Part shown: piece after piece, positions 43,028 through 53,364 of the stretch
Numbering within the stretch: the first letter of the stretch is position 1
How the letters are laid out: every line of letters starts with the position of its first letter
DNA from: Paramoeba atlantica
Lineage: Eukaryota > Protista > Discosea
Length of the DNA: 64,000 bases
Assembly (NCBI GenBank): GCA_977017575.1
Contig: CDRNVI010000023.1
Coordinates: forward strand, 1 to 64,000
Direction of reading: 5' to 3'
Position numbers and translations under genes: made by a program
Notes under the pieces: model-generated
The model's database searches: none
Told to the model about the DNA's origin: nothing
Seen by the model: only the letters and a program-made list of their open reading frames with translations

Positions 43028-46000
43028 ATGTCTGCCACAAACGATGACCTTCCTAGGCCGCTTGAACCGCCGACAGACGTAGTTTTCAGTATGGCAGACA
43101 ATTCTTCTGAGCAAACAGCTATTGAAAATCCAGAAATAGATTCCGTATTTGAGCCCTTTGATTCCACATGGATGGCAGATGCAACCCCTCTCCCAGTGGG
43201 TACTATGGGAACCTCGTACAATACAGTGCATTATACAGCTACGGCAGCAGAGCATACGTCCACCGGGACTTTTCTCCACTCCGCAACCGGAACACTGCTC
43301 CACCCGGGGATGGAACCCACTGTTGGTGGTTTTACTCGCCTTCCTCACGAACAGACATCAACAGCGGCCGGCACTCCCACACCATTTGTTTCCCAGTTTC
43401 CAGAAAGTGAGGAATCTCGACTTAAACCACATGCCAGAGCGTGGGGTCTGGAAGATCTAAGCCCAGATGAAAAGCGCAACATACAGGTCATACTAGAGAA
43501 AAATGCTCCTTTGTATGAAACGGATATCGCTCAGATGATACCTACGGGATACGAAAAAGTGGATGCGCCTTTGTCCTACGCCCCGAAAAGCACCCCTTCA
43601 GAAGCGAAATCGAATTTGCAGTATTGGCAAAGTTTGTTTCGAAGCAAAAATCAAAAAACTTTGTCGAAAGACACGTCACTTGTGCTTGCGAGTAGCGTGT
43701 CAACTCAGGAAATGGGTGAAATTTATGATGTAACATCTCAATTCGGTCCTGATCTTCCGAACTTGCAAGAGTCCGATTATCCTATCTTTGGGTTTCTTTC
43801 ACGTTACAAAGACTTTAGTGATCAAGATTTGTGTCGCGACCGTAATCTTCGCGAAGCCCTTGTTATGCGACTTCTATTTCGTATAAAAAAGGGGGATCCT
43901 ACTATACGTCGGGGTGCGCAGAGTGCTCTCATGCAACGGCTCACCACAGTTTCAGTAGCTCTAGTGATTGATTGTTTTCTCCAGGTCCTTTTACGAGGCG
44001 TTTTTGAGGAAATGATCGAGAGGCATTACATTATCAAGGCGCTGAATCGCGTAATATACCACTTAGGGGCCCAAGAAACTCCGAGCTTAGGTCAACAGCG
44101 CCAAAAAGGGGCCGTTGAATTGAAACCTTTCGTACATCGCTTACTCACTTTGATCTATCCAATGCTAATAGCGGGGAACGCCTTGATTCGAACGGAAGGA
44201 AAAGATCTCATGATGAACCTTTCCCGGACCCTTGGGGTAGGAATCATGATAACAGCAATGCGGCCCGATTTAGAAATGCCAGCATCGACACAGCCTACAC
44301 AAATAACTGAGGACAGCGAAAGAAATGATACTGCTGACTCATCCGACTCAGAAAGCATTTGTGTCAACCCTAATAACGGTTTTACTCAACAGGAATTGAA
44401 CGAGCATCAAAGGATGGTCGCTGAAGCGTTCTCTATCCTTGTAGAAGCCCGCGGAATTGCGCCGATAATTCCCTTTCTATGCACTGTATGTGCAACAGGC
44501 ACATCCCGGAGTCGAACCGTTGAAGCTGTTCCCGTATCTGAGCATCCTGTGTTTCGCATTCTCTCGGGAGTTAAGATTATTCAACGTATTGCATACAGGT
44601 TACGAAGCCAAGCTTTACTTCCTCATCTGGGGAATCTCATTCAGATAGTAGCTCCACTTTTACACACGGAAGGGAGTCGTGCTTCCATTCGACTTAAACA
44701 AGCAGCTGCTATGGCTGTAACAGGCTTAGCGGAATCTGTATTTCCCCACGGCATTGAGCACTTTGAAGACGTCATTCAACCGTTGTGGGAGATTGTTGCT
44801 CAAGGCGCCTCTCGTGCAAAACCTGAGGGCACAAGCGAGGAAAGCAGTGCAACTCCCAGTCTTTACATGCTTAGTGCGGCACTTAAAGCCCTTGGCAGTC
44901 TCGTTCCGTTAATGGCCCCTGAAAACGCAGAGCAATGTACACAATTCTTGTCTTCTGTGTGGGTCCAAGAGGATATGAACACGGTTTCTTCGTTGTCCTT
45001 GTACCATACACATGAAGATATGAGACTGGCAATCTTTTACGTCATTCGTCAGTGTCAGCACAACGAGGGGGTAACAAAAAACTTTGTGCTCGATCACTGG
45101 TTAAAACCTTTCCTAAAACATTTCTGGAACCGTAAAGCAGTGATGTCTGCATGTGCCGCATCCGCTGAAAGGAAGGCTTCACTTGGCCCTGATGCTCATC
45201 GTTCCCCAGCGATTAATACAGCAAGCATAATAAACGCGTCTCCGTATGCTCGCCACTTATGTGATACAACTGTGGCCTTAGGAATTAAAACAGATCCACG
45301 TCATATTATCACGCGGCTAACCTCCCAACTTTACGATGAGGATCCACAATATCGATTGCTGATCCTTGAGGTGTTCGAGTCACTTATACAACGGATGATC
45401 GAGAATCAAACCCAAAACGAGCGAAGAGTGGCCGAGGATACTATTCTTCGGTTAGAAACGTCTGCCGAATCCTCGCTCTTAGAAGCTGTGTTGTATGTTT
45501 TCGGAACTTTCGGGATGTCTCCATGGAAATCGAGCGAGGATACATCAAGAATAGCCACACAAGACGAGGGTATCGTGTGCCAAACCATTCTTACATTGGT
45601 TTATGCCTTGGGTCCACGCTCCACCATACATATGGATGCCATTGTTAAAGTCGTACGTCACAGAATGGCAAGCGGGGCTCTTGTAGAAAATTCGAGTACT
45701 GACACAGAGGAATGGATGCGTCCTCTGTTGCCCGAGGGAACTCAACAAAAAACCGAACACCGGAGCCGTGCATACAGTGCGAATCTATTAGCTGCGCTCG
45801 CCCCCTATGTTCTTCGTGTGCCACGCGCCACGCATGGATACGTCACAGGCCCAAGCCTGGGCACGGAGACCCTGGACATGCTTCGCTCCCTGTTGCGCAC
45901 CGAAGAGGACCCCGGCATGATTGCCGCTCTGCTCCACTGCATTCACGAATTCCTGTGCTCGTTTCTCACCCTGATACCGAAAGGCACCCCTTCACCCCCT

Positions 46001-47053
46001 CCCCCCTCCACACCCTCCTCCGGTATTCTCCCCAGCGAACCCGACAACCTCCTCTCCGAGGACACCGCCCTTGACCTCATCCGCCAACTCAAAGCCATCC
46101 TCACCAACCGCGACGAGGAGGTCCAGCAAACCGCCGCCGCCCTCCTCGGTCTCCTCGCCTCCCACCTCGCCACCCCGCACCTCCCCGACCCCGTGGAGCC
46201 CCTCACCTGGGTCCAACTCAGCTTCCGTCTCCTCGACCTCCTGAAAGCCCCCAGCAAGGCGGTCCGCCGGGCCGCGACCGCCGCCTTCGGGGCCGTCGCC
46301 CAGGCCGCGGACCCCATCCACGTCCTCAACACCCTCCTCGACCCCCTCCCCACCCCCGAGCGCACCCTGCGGCTCAGCACGACGATCGCGCTCGCGGTGG
46401 TCGCGGAGCGCTGCCAGCCCTACCTGGTGCTCCCGTTCCTGATGAACGAGTACCGCACCCCGGACCCCCTCACCCAGCACGGGGTGCTCAAGGCGCTCGG
46501 GTTCCTCTGGGAGTACCTCGGGGCGCGCGCCACGGGGTACGCCCCGGCGCTGGTCCCGCTGCTGTGCCACGCCCTCGGGGCCGCGGACCGCACCTCCCGG
46601 CAGCTCGCCTGTGGGGTGGTGAAGCACCTGGCGCTGGCCCTGCGCGGGGGCGGGATGGAGGGGGAGCTGGTGCAGCTGCTGAACTATGTGTGGCCGCACT
46701 TCGTGGCGGAGGCCGCGGGGACCGCGACCAGTGGTGCCATGGTGTATGTCGGGGGGAGTAGCACGGGGCCGTCCGCGCATGGGTTGAATGCGGTGGTGGA
46801 GGCGATACGGGCGCTGGGGGTGGGGTTGGGCCCCGCGGTGGTGTGGCAGTACGTCGCCCCGGGGTTGTTTCACCCCGCGAGGAAGGTGCGGAACCTGTAC
46901 TGGCGCGTGTATAACCAGATGCAGATCTTGTTTGGTCACACGTTACCTCCGTTTTATCCACGTTGGGGTGAAATTGTTCGTCGGAGGGATACGCCGGTGG
47001 GGTTGAAATCGAAGAATTCATTTGAAATACCTGAACTTATGGTGTTTTTGTGA
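43028..47053 (+). CDS. SF3B1: Splicing factor 3B subunit 1 (U2 snRNP, HEAT repeats)
   Basis: LLFRIKKGDP.IRR, EGKDLMMNLSRTLG, FSFRLLDLLKAPSK-like segment, FLMNEYRTPD..TQHGVLKALGFLWEYLG and GLFHPARKVRNLYWRVYN. Confidence 0.9.
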   Translation: MSATNDDLPRPLEPPTDVVFSMADNSSEQTAIENPEIDSVFEPFDSTWMADATPLPVGTMGTSYNTVHYTATAAEHTSTGTFLHSATGTLLHPGMEPTVGGFTRLPHEQTSTAAGTPTPFVSQFPESEESRLKPHARAWGLEDLSPDEKRNIQVILEKNAPLYETDIAQMIPTGYEKVDAPLSYAPKSTPSEAKSNLQYWQSLFRSKNQKTLSKDTSLVLASSVSTQEMGEIYDVTSQFGPDLPNLQESDYPIFGFLSRYKDFSDQDLCRDRNLREALVMRLLFRIKKGDPTIRRGAQSALMQRLTTVSVALVIDCFLQVLLRGVFEEMIERHYIIKALNRVIYHLGAQETPSLGQQRQKGAVELKPFVHRLLTLIYPMLIAGNALIRTEGKDLMMNLSRTLGVGIMITAMRPDLEMPASTQPTQITEDSERNDTADSSDSESICVNPNNGFTQQELNEHQRMVAEAFSILVEARGIAPIIPFLCTVCATGTSRSRTVEAVPVSEHPVFRILSGVKIIQRIAYRLRSQALLPHLGNLIQIVAPLLHTEGSRASIRLKQAAAMAVTGLAESVFPHGIEHFEDVIQPLWEIVAQGASRAKPEGTSEESSATPSLYMLSAALKALGSLVPLMAPENAEQCTQFLSSVWVQEDMNTVSSLSLYHTHEDMRLAIFYVIRQCQHNEGVTKNFVLDHWLKPFLKHFWNRKAVMSACAASAERKASLGPDAHRSPAINTASIINASPYARHLCDTTVALGIKTDPRHIITRLTSQLYDEDPQYRLLILEVFESLIQRMIENQTQNERRVAEDTILRLETSAESSLLEAVLYVFGTFGMSPWKSSEDTSRIATQDEGIVCQTILTLVYALGPRSTIHMDAIVKVVRHRMASGALVENSSTDTEEWMRPLLPEGTQQKTEHRSRAYSANLLAALAPYVLRVPRATHGYVTGPSLGTETLDMLRSLLRTEEDPGMIAALLHCIHEFLCSFLTLIPKGTPSPPPPSTPSSGILPSEPDNLLSEDTALDLIRQLKAILTNRDEEVQQTAAALLGLLASHLATPHLPDPVEPLTWVQLSFRLLDLLKAPSKAVRRAATAAFGAVAQAADPIHVLNTLLDPLPTPERTLRLSTTIALAVVAERCQPYLVLPFLMNEYRTPDPLTQHGVLKALGFLWEYLGARATGYAPALVPLLCHALGAADRTSRQLACGVVKHLALALRGGGMEGELVQLLNYVWPHFVAEAAGTATSGAMVYVGGSSTGPSAHGLNAVVEAIRALGVGLGPAVVWQYVAPGLFHPARKVRNLYWRVYNQMQILFGHTLPPFYPRWGEIVRRRDTPVGLKSKNSFEIPELMVFL

Positions 47054-47362
47054 ACGTAGGGTGAGTATTGAGCAAGGGGAGTTTCAGAGTTCTGTAAGAA
47101 TGGTGGGCATCACAGCGAGAAGGTGGCAACTGTTTAGTTCGGATTAAAAACGGGGCACTATTTTTTGGTGATTAATGGTGTGCTCCTATTACATGGTTCG
47201 ATTCATATTGTTCATCACAGTAATAATATTTTGAGCATGAAAGGCAAGGAATAGTCATATTTTCAAACATTTTCCAATGTTTTGTTTTCAATTATTCTAT
47301 TGTTCGGTTATAAGATGACTTCCCCGAGGTATTATTCGCCAGACACCGCGAGTGGTATGTAA

Positions 47363-48511
47363 ATGCCGCTCTCTCGGACGTGTGGCTTAATTGGCCTACC
47401 GAATGTAGGCAAGAGTACCGTTTTCAACGCGCTACTCACTTCGAAAATGGCACAAACTGGAAATTATCCATTCTGCACTATAAAGCCAAATATTGCTCGA
47501 CTTGCTGTGGCAGATACCAGGCTTTGTAAATTGCAAAAGTTCTCAAAGGCAGCGAAGATAATCCCGGTGGAAATTGGACTTACAGATATAGCCGGACTCG
47601 TTGCCGGAGCGCATCGTGGTGAGGGACTGGGCAATCAGTTTCTTGCGGATATTCGAAATGTAAGTGTGTTGCTCCATGTATTGCGCTGCTTTATAGGCGA
47701 TGGATTTTTGGATCCTACTCCCCTTTCGGATGCTCATGTTATACTGCAAGAATTGATACTCAGCGACCTGGCATTAGTGGAAAAACGATACGCTAGATTG
47801 ACTAAAGCTGGGAGTAAGAAGGGTGATGACGAACTTTCTTTTATAAAGTATCTTAAAGTGTGGCTAGAGGAAGGCAAGCCCGCAAAAACAGTCCTGTGTG
47901 ATTTTGACTCATCGCTACACAAAGTCGCCGCCCAAATTTTACGCGAGCTTCAGCTTTTATCGAGTAAACCCATGATATGGGTTCTAAATTTGGGGGAAGA
48001 CAAGTTTGAGCAGGAACAAATCCACTATCGGGAGCAAATTATCGCGGACAAAACTCTTTTTTCTTTGCCACCAAATTCCAACGAAAATGGAACTAATGAT
48101 TACGCACCAATTGTTAGTTTGAGTGCGAGATTGGAGGAAGAAATGTCCGACCTCTCACTTGACGATCGCGTGAGTTTTCGTGGTGAATATGGGCTTACGA
48201 ACGAATCTTGTGCTGCAGCCGTAACAAAAGTTGTACATGAGAGCTTAGGATTGGGAACCTTTTTTACGGTTGGACCAGAGATGGTTCACGCATGGTCCTT
48301 TCACCGTGGAGCAAACGTACGAGACGCAAGTGGAGAGATTCACTCTCACTTCAAGGAACACTTTGTTGCGGCACACACACTACACTGGGAGCAGTACATG
48401 ACTTATGGGTCACTGAATAAGGCAGACGATGCACTTCTTCGTCGTGACGCGGAATATATTCTAAAGGATGGCGAAGTGATGCATGTTTCTCATAAGGCAC
48501 CAAAAAAGTAA
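47363..48511 (+). CDS. ychF: YchF/OLA1-family Obg-like ATPase
   Basis: GLIGLPNVGKSTVFN, NYPFCTIKPN, DIAGLVAGAHRGEGLGNQFL, FFTVGP, GEIHS and YILKDGEVM (TGS domain). Confidence 0.9.
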   Translation: MPLSRTCGLIGLPNVGKSTVFNALLTSKMAQTGNYPFCTIKPNIARLAVADTRLCKLQKFSKAAKIIPVEIGLTDIAGLVAGAHRGEGLGNQFLADIRNVSVLLHVLRCFIGDGFLDPTPLSDAHVILQELILSDLALVEKRYARLTKAGSKKGDDELSFIKYLKVWLEEGKPAKTVLCDFDSSLHKVAAQILRELQLLSSKPMIWVLNLGEDKFEQEQIHYREQIIADKTLFSLPPNSNENGTNDYAPIVSLSARLEEEMSDLSLDDRVSFRGEYGLTNESCAAAVTKVVHESLGLGTFFTVGPEMVHAWSFHRGANVRDASGEIHSHFKEHFVAAHTLHWEQYMTYGSLNKADDALLRRDAEYILKDGEVMHVSHKAPKK

Positions 48512-48729
48512 GTCAAAAAGGCACGTCAGAATATTTATATGTATGACACTATGGTTTCTTATGGTTTACGCATACTGCAAAGTGGGGAAACACATACTAG
48601 TGATTCTGGGTCATTTTGTTCTTTTGTTATTTTTTGTCCCAATGCACCGTGTGCAATGATGATCGCCAAATAATGCGCTAGATACGCATACGCACATACA
48701 AATATCCCCCACAGAGGTGCCCCTTACTC

Positions 48730-50184
48730 ATGATGCGACGTGCGCCTCGTTGGTACACGAAGAATTCGAAGGGATGGGATCGTTTTCACCGATGGTGGCC
48801 ATGGGGTTTGGGACTGGGCGTCGCTGCGTTGTATCAACATAACCCCACGCCTATGGATGACATTGGATCTGCCATCTACGCCTCCTTTCGTTACCCTTTA
48901 CTTCGTTTTACTGAGCGACTGGAAAAGTTTGACAACGACCCTGAGGTGCGCTCTTTGGAACTACCACCAGAGCAAGTGTTTGGACCTCTCCCCCTGAAGC
49001 AACAACTTTTTATTACGCTCCAAGCGTTGGAGGAGGAAAATGAGCTTGCAGATCATTACCTGACTCGGCTTGTGATTGACCATATCGACTTAGGGTTGGA
49101 ACCCTCCCCCCTAGGCTCGGCCTTTCTGGACGCGGGTGGGGATGCCCTCTGCCGTGAAGCCGTGCGACGGTTTCGCGACTTATCGCACCAGCGGATTAAA
49201 TTCTTCACCGCGGACCGGTTTATCCGTTTTCTCTCCATTGCTCTTCCCCACGCCCCGATCGCCCGTGAGTACCTCAAAGAAAAAGACGCCATTGATCTAC
49301 TCTTTCGGGCCCTTCACGACCGTGTGGATCCCTACATCCCCCATCTCGCCACGAGACTGCTCGTCCTCCTCGCGTTACACCAACCCACAGACGGAGAGGT
49401 GGAGCGACGGGTGCTGCAAAACCCCCAAGCGGTCCCCGCCCTCGTCGATTACCTCAACATATGCTCCGGGGATCCCCAGGACACGCGCTACGTGTTTATG
49501 CTCCTTAGCGCGTTGGCCCGGTCCCACCCCACGCTGGCATCCGCCCCGTTTCGTACCCACCATGTCCTCGAGGCTGTGTTCCACAACATGAACCTGGCCA
49601 TGCATAAAGGGTTGTCCCAACACCTCCGGATACTGGGGGATATGGAGCAACTCGACCCCCGGGGGGTGGAGGCTCACATGGCGCAGAGTAACGACCCCCT
49701 CACGGTGTTGCTCGGTGTCACCAACACATTTAAAAGCTATGCTGAGATCCAGACCCCGTTGTGTCGGTGGCTGAGACGAGGCGTGGAGGCACGTTCCCCG
49801 GGGGAGTTTATGGCCTATGGAGGGCTGCCGATTCTGGCACGGGTTTTGGCTCTCTACCCCTATCGCAGTAAGGGGGAGGGAGAGAGTGAGAAGGTGGAGG
49901 AGGACGGGAGAAAGGGTGCGGAAGCGAGTAGAAGTGAGAGAGAATGTGTCAATCTTGATAAGTCCCAAAATGATGTAAAAGATGAACGTTCCGGGGGTGC
50001 GTCGTCGCCCCCGAACGAATACTCAGAGCTTCATACATGTTGGTACGACATTGCCCGTCGTGTCCTCGCCGATCCGGAATGCCAGAAACATTTTACATAC
50101 AATCGTGAGACGGAGGCGGCGGTGGCAGAGGCAAGATCCTTTGTCCAATGGATGGAAGGAGAACCCACAAAAAAGAGTAGCTGA
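48730..50184 (+). CDS. Conserved-looking hypothetical protein, probably mitochondrial, helical-repeat (ARM-like) body
   Basis: 484 aa; MMRRAPRWY start, one N-terminal TM segment (WWPWGLGLGVAALY), predominantly helical composition. No family is recognised with certainty. Confidence 0.6.
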   Translation: MMRRAPRWYTKNSKGWDRFHRWWPWGLGLGVAALYQHNPTPMDDIGSAIYASFRYPLLRFTERLEKFDNDPEVRSLELPPEQVFGPLPLKQQLFITLQALEEENELADHYLTRLVIDHIDLGLEPSPLGSAFLDAGGDALCREAVRRFRDLSHQRIKFFTADRFIRFLSIALPHAPIAREYLKEKDAIDLLFRALHDRVDPYIPHLATRLLVLLALHQPTDGEVERRVLQNPQAVPALVDYLNICSGDPQDTRYVFMLLSALARSHPTLASAPFRTHHVLEAVFHNMNLAMHKGLSQHLRILGDMEQLDPRGVEAHMAQSNDPLTVLLGVTNTFKSYAEIQTPLCRWLRRGVEARSPGEFMAYGGLPILARVLALYPYRSKGEGESEKVEEDGRKGAEASRSERECVNLDKSQNDVKDERSGGASSPPNEYSELHTCWYDIARRVLADPECQKHFTYNRETEAAVAEARSFVQWMEGEPTKKSS

Positions 50185-50573
50185 TCTTGCTTTTACACGG
50201 TAGTTGCTTGTGCACGGTGTCAAAATTAGCGGTGTAACTGTAACATTTTCTACTAAAACATAAACTCGTATGTGCCGTAAAGCAGATCAATATACTGTGT
50301 CGGACATGTAAGAAAGTCGTACATGTAAGAGGCTCCCCAGCAGGGGTATTTTTTATCCGTTTTTGCTCATTTTTCTTACTTCTGTACGACAGAGATTTCT
50401 TGACCAAATTTGTATATCACATATTAAGCACATGAAATGAACATTCAGCATTTCATGATACAAGAAGTATTCCTTCTTCCTTCTGTATGTTTGTAAAACG
50501 CAATAATTTTCCCAAAAATAACTGATCATTCTAAAGTTTTCCACTATCTTCCTTTTTTGCCCACCCCATCACC

Positions 50574-51197
50574 ATGCTCTTCCGCTACACCCGTCGTTTC
50601 CTCCAATCCGTCTCCCAAACCGCCGGGATGGGGGTCACAGCCGCCACCGCCACAAAACCCCCCACCCCCTCCCACCCCCCACCCTCCGAGCCCTCCCCCA
50701 CGGGCCCACTCCCCCAATCCCCTCCCCCCACGGGGAGCAGCGGCGCGACGCCCCCCTCCCCGCACAGCCCCCCTCCCCCCTCCCCGCTGTACAAGTCGGT
50801 GAACCACGTCACCCTAGTCGGGGTCGCCCACGACATCCAGAGCGGGTTCGTCTACGAGGACCCGGTGTGTCAGTTCACCCTCTCCACCAGCTCCCTGGAC
50901 ACCATGATCCACGGCCGCACCGGGGAGGCGGTCCTGGAGAAGGACCACCACACCATCCGGTGCTTCGGGGAGCCGTTCTGCACCCAGGTACGGCAGATGC
51001 TACGGGAGGGGTACGTGGTGGTCGCGAGTGGGCGGCTGCGGCTGAACCCGCAGCTGGACCCCGCGACGAGTAAGCATCACTACTTCCCGTATATCCATGT
51101 CAGCCCCCCGCACGGGAATGTCCATGTGATACATGGCGACCCGAAGAAGGGGGTGGAGGGTATGCCGGATGTACAGGCGGCCTCGAATGAGAGTTAG
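50574..51197 (+). CDS. KREPA6: RNA editing core complex OB-fold protein MP18/KREPA6
   Basis: [30 protein letters not shown]...[21 protein letters not shown]...[14 protein letters not shown] closely matches the trypanosomatid KREPA6 sequence as I recall it. It has a mitochondrial presequence. Confidence 0.9.
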   Translation: MLFRYTRRFLQSVSQTAGMGVTAATATKPPTPSHPPPSEPSPTGPLPQSPPPTGSSGATPPSPHSPPPPSPLYKSVNHVTLVGVAHDIQSGFVYEDPVCQFTLSTSSLDTMIHGRTGEAVLEKDHHTIRCFGEPFCTQVRQMLREGYVVVASGRLRLNPQLDPATSKHHYFPYIHVSPPHGNVHVIHGDPKKGVEGMPDVQAASNES

Positions 51198-51535
51198 GGG
51201 GGAAAGGGGGTGAAACGTTCTCGCACTTATGTGCGGGGGGGTAGCGTGAGGGGGGGTAGGGAAGTTTGGGGGGGATTGAGGGTACTATTGCATGTATGTG
51301 GTTAAATTAAGATACCTTGTCAAAAAGGGAGCGTTTAAGGGGACCGAACCTGGATATTACAATACGCCCTTCTATACGGGGCTGTACGGGACTTTTCCGG
51401 TTATTGTTTGCGTGGTTTTATGTCAGAAACTCCAGTGTGTTCAAAAACTAGGAAATATAGAAATATGTATGTTGGAGAGAACGTGACGATGAGAATCATT
51501 TAATTGTTTTTGTTTTAAAAATTTCCGAAAAATCA

Positions 51536-52450
51536 ATGTTGTCTGCTGGACATGATCTTCAGTTTAGTGTACTGAGCTCGGAAGCCATACCACCAAACCA
51601 AAAACGTCGTAAAGTGGAAGGTGGATCACATGCGCTACCATCTACACGAGTGTTTGGATCCAAAGTCCGTGGTGCCATTCTTGCTCCGGAGATAGAATTG
51701 TCTCTCTTTATAGAGAATCTTAGTTTCGGAAAGAAAGTTCACGACCCGACTCAAATCAACATGATTCCGCAAGGCCGGATTTCCTCATGGGGTAGAGAAA
51801 CTCCGGCGTGTGAGTGGAGTGCGGTCATCTGTCGCAATGATACTGTCACGGAACTCCGATGGAATGGCTTGCGCTTGGGAGGGAGTCCTTCGTGGGGCCA
51901 CCTTCCTCTTGGTCTAGAGGTTCTTCAGCTGGGGGCTGACAACACCCATTTTTCGCAACATACCAATCAGTTAGAAGGACCAGTGATAATAGAGTCGCTT
52001 CCGTCCACATTAAGATCAATTGATCTTTCGTCAAATTTATTGTCAGGCATATTCTCACTATCTGGTCTCCCACGCAGAATTGAATTCTTAGATATATCGA
52101 ATAACTGCTTTGAGGGAAAGTTGGAGCTTCAGTCCCTGCCGTTCATGATACAAGTATGTGATCTATCGAAAAATCACTTTGAAGGGGAAATCAAACTGGA
52201 CAACCTTACGCAGTCTCTACATTGGTTGTCACTTGAAAACAACTCATTGTCTGGTTTCCTCAATATTTCAAGTTTGTCACCTTATCTGAAAATCCTGCTC
52301 CTCTCAGATAATTACTTCAATGGAACCGTATCGTTCGTTGACTTGCCCGCTTCCGTACAATTTTTGGATCTACGACGAACGGACGTCTCAATGTGCGGGA
52401 ATGAAACTGTTCCCCGTTGTGTTCGAATAGGATGGAGGGCGACTCGTTAG
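51536..52450 (+). CDS. Leucine-rich repeat protein (family copy 4)
   Basis: PPNQKRRKV basic motif, KVRGAILAPEIELSLF, PACEWSAVIC cap and LRRs. Confidence 0.85.
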   Translation: MLSAGHDLQFSVLSSEAIPPNQKRRKVEGGSHALPSTRVFGSKVRGAILAPEIELSLFIENLSFGKKVHDPTQINMIPQGRISSWGRETPACEWSAVICRNDTVTELRWNGLRLGGSPSWGHLPLGLEVLQLGADNTHFSQHTNQLEGPVIIESLPSTLRSIDLSSNLLSGIFSLSGLPRRIEFLDISNNCFEGKLELQSLPFMIQVCDLSKNHFEGEIKLDNLTQSLHWLSLENNSLSGFLNISSLSPYLKILLLSDNYFNGTVSFVDLPASVQFLDLRRTDVSMCGNETVPRCVRIGWRATR

Positions 52451-53246
52451 TCTTGACCTACAAATTATGAGGAGATTCTGGTGCAGTCATTGCACTGCTA
52501 AGTTACGTGTGCGACTGTACACGGTGTATACTTGCGCACGTAAAACTGCACCGAACCCGCACCGAAACTCTACCCGAAGCTTCGAGAACTTTACAGGAGT
52601 TGACTTCGCTGGACGAAGTCTAATCCGACTCATCTGTTTGCTCTTACTCTAGTATGTTATTCGTAAAGAAGAGACTTCGCCTCCCTATTGTCCATAATAT
52701 GGTGTTTTGGCTTTACGGATGTGAGATAACTCGTTATGTTGTTCTCTGAGAGATACGAAAAAGCTCCTGGGCAACTCCAAAAAAAAGATAGCTGAAAACG
52801 GAAAACTGAGCATTTTATCGTTCAATTACAATTTGCTGTGCATGGATTTTTTATAACATTTGGCATTTTGAAAATTCTTTTGCGAAATGTGTGCAGTTAT
52901 CGACGATCTTGATGCTGTTGCAGGTGATCCAGATCCTCGGGTTTAAGTCAGGTGTCCCTAACAAATTGCAAAACCAATGCCTTTTTCCTTGCGGATATCT
53001 CAGAAGAAAAGTGGATCTAAACTTTGACGTCTTCAGAGACGCAGGTGCTGCGACAAAGGCGAACGAATTTTTTGTTCCTCTGTAGTAAAGAGTTCCTCTC
53101 CTGTTTAGAGCAGCAAAGTTATGATAACTGGTCTCAGCAGAGAAATACAAGAACGTACGGTATCTAAGATCAAACGGCAATGGAAATCAGATGAAGCATA
53201 AATATTATTGTATTCTCTATTGTATTCTTAAGATGCCCATCTAGCT

Positions 53247-53328
53247 TAGTTGTGTTTTTACTCATATAGTTGTGTTTTTTTACTCATATAGTTGTGTTTT
53301 TTTACTCATATAGTTGTGTTTTTTTACT
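53247..53328. repeat. Four tandem copies of a ~22-bp unit TAGTTGTG(T)nACTCATA
   Basis: Visible directly, ~37 nt upstream of ATG 53365, in the expected polypyrimidine/splice-acceptor zone. Confidence 0.85.
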
Positions 53329-53364
53329 ATGATACACTCGTGCTTTTAAATTATTGCTACCCCC

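Noticed and set aside
52460-53200. Pseudogene between LRR copy 4 and ORF 53365
   Set aside because: The codon-like stretches have multiple stops and I could not recognise any family.
53247-53328. CRISPR-like short repeats
   Set aside because: The units are directly adjacent with no spacers, so this is a simple minisatellite.
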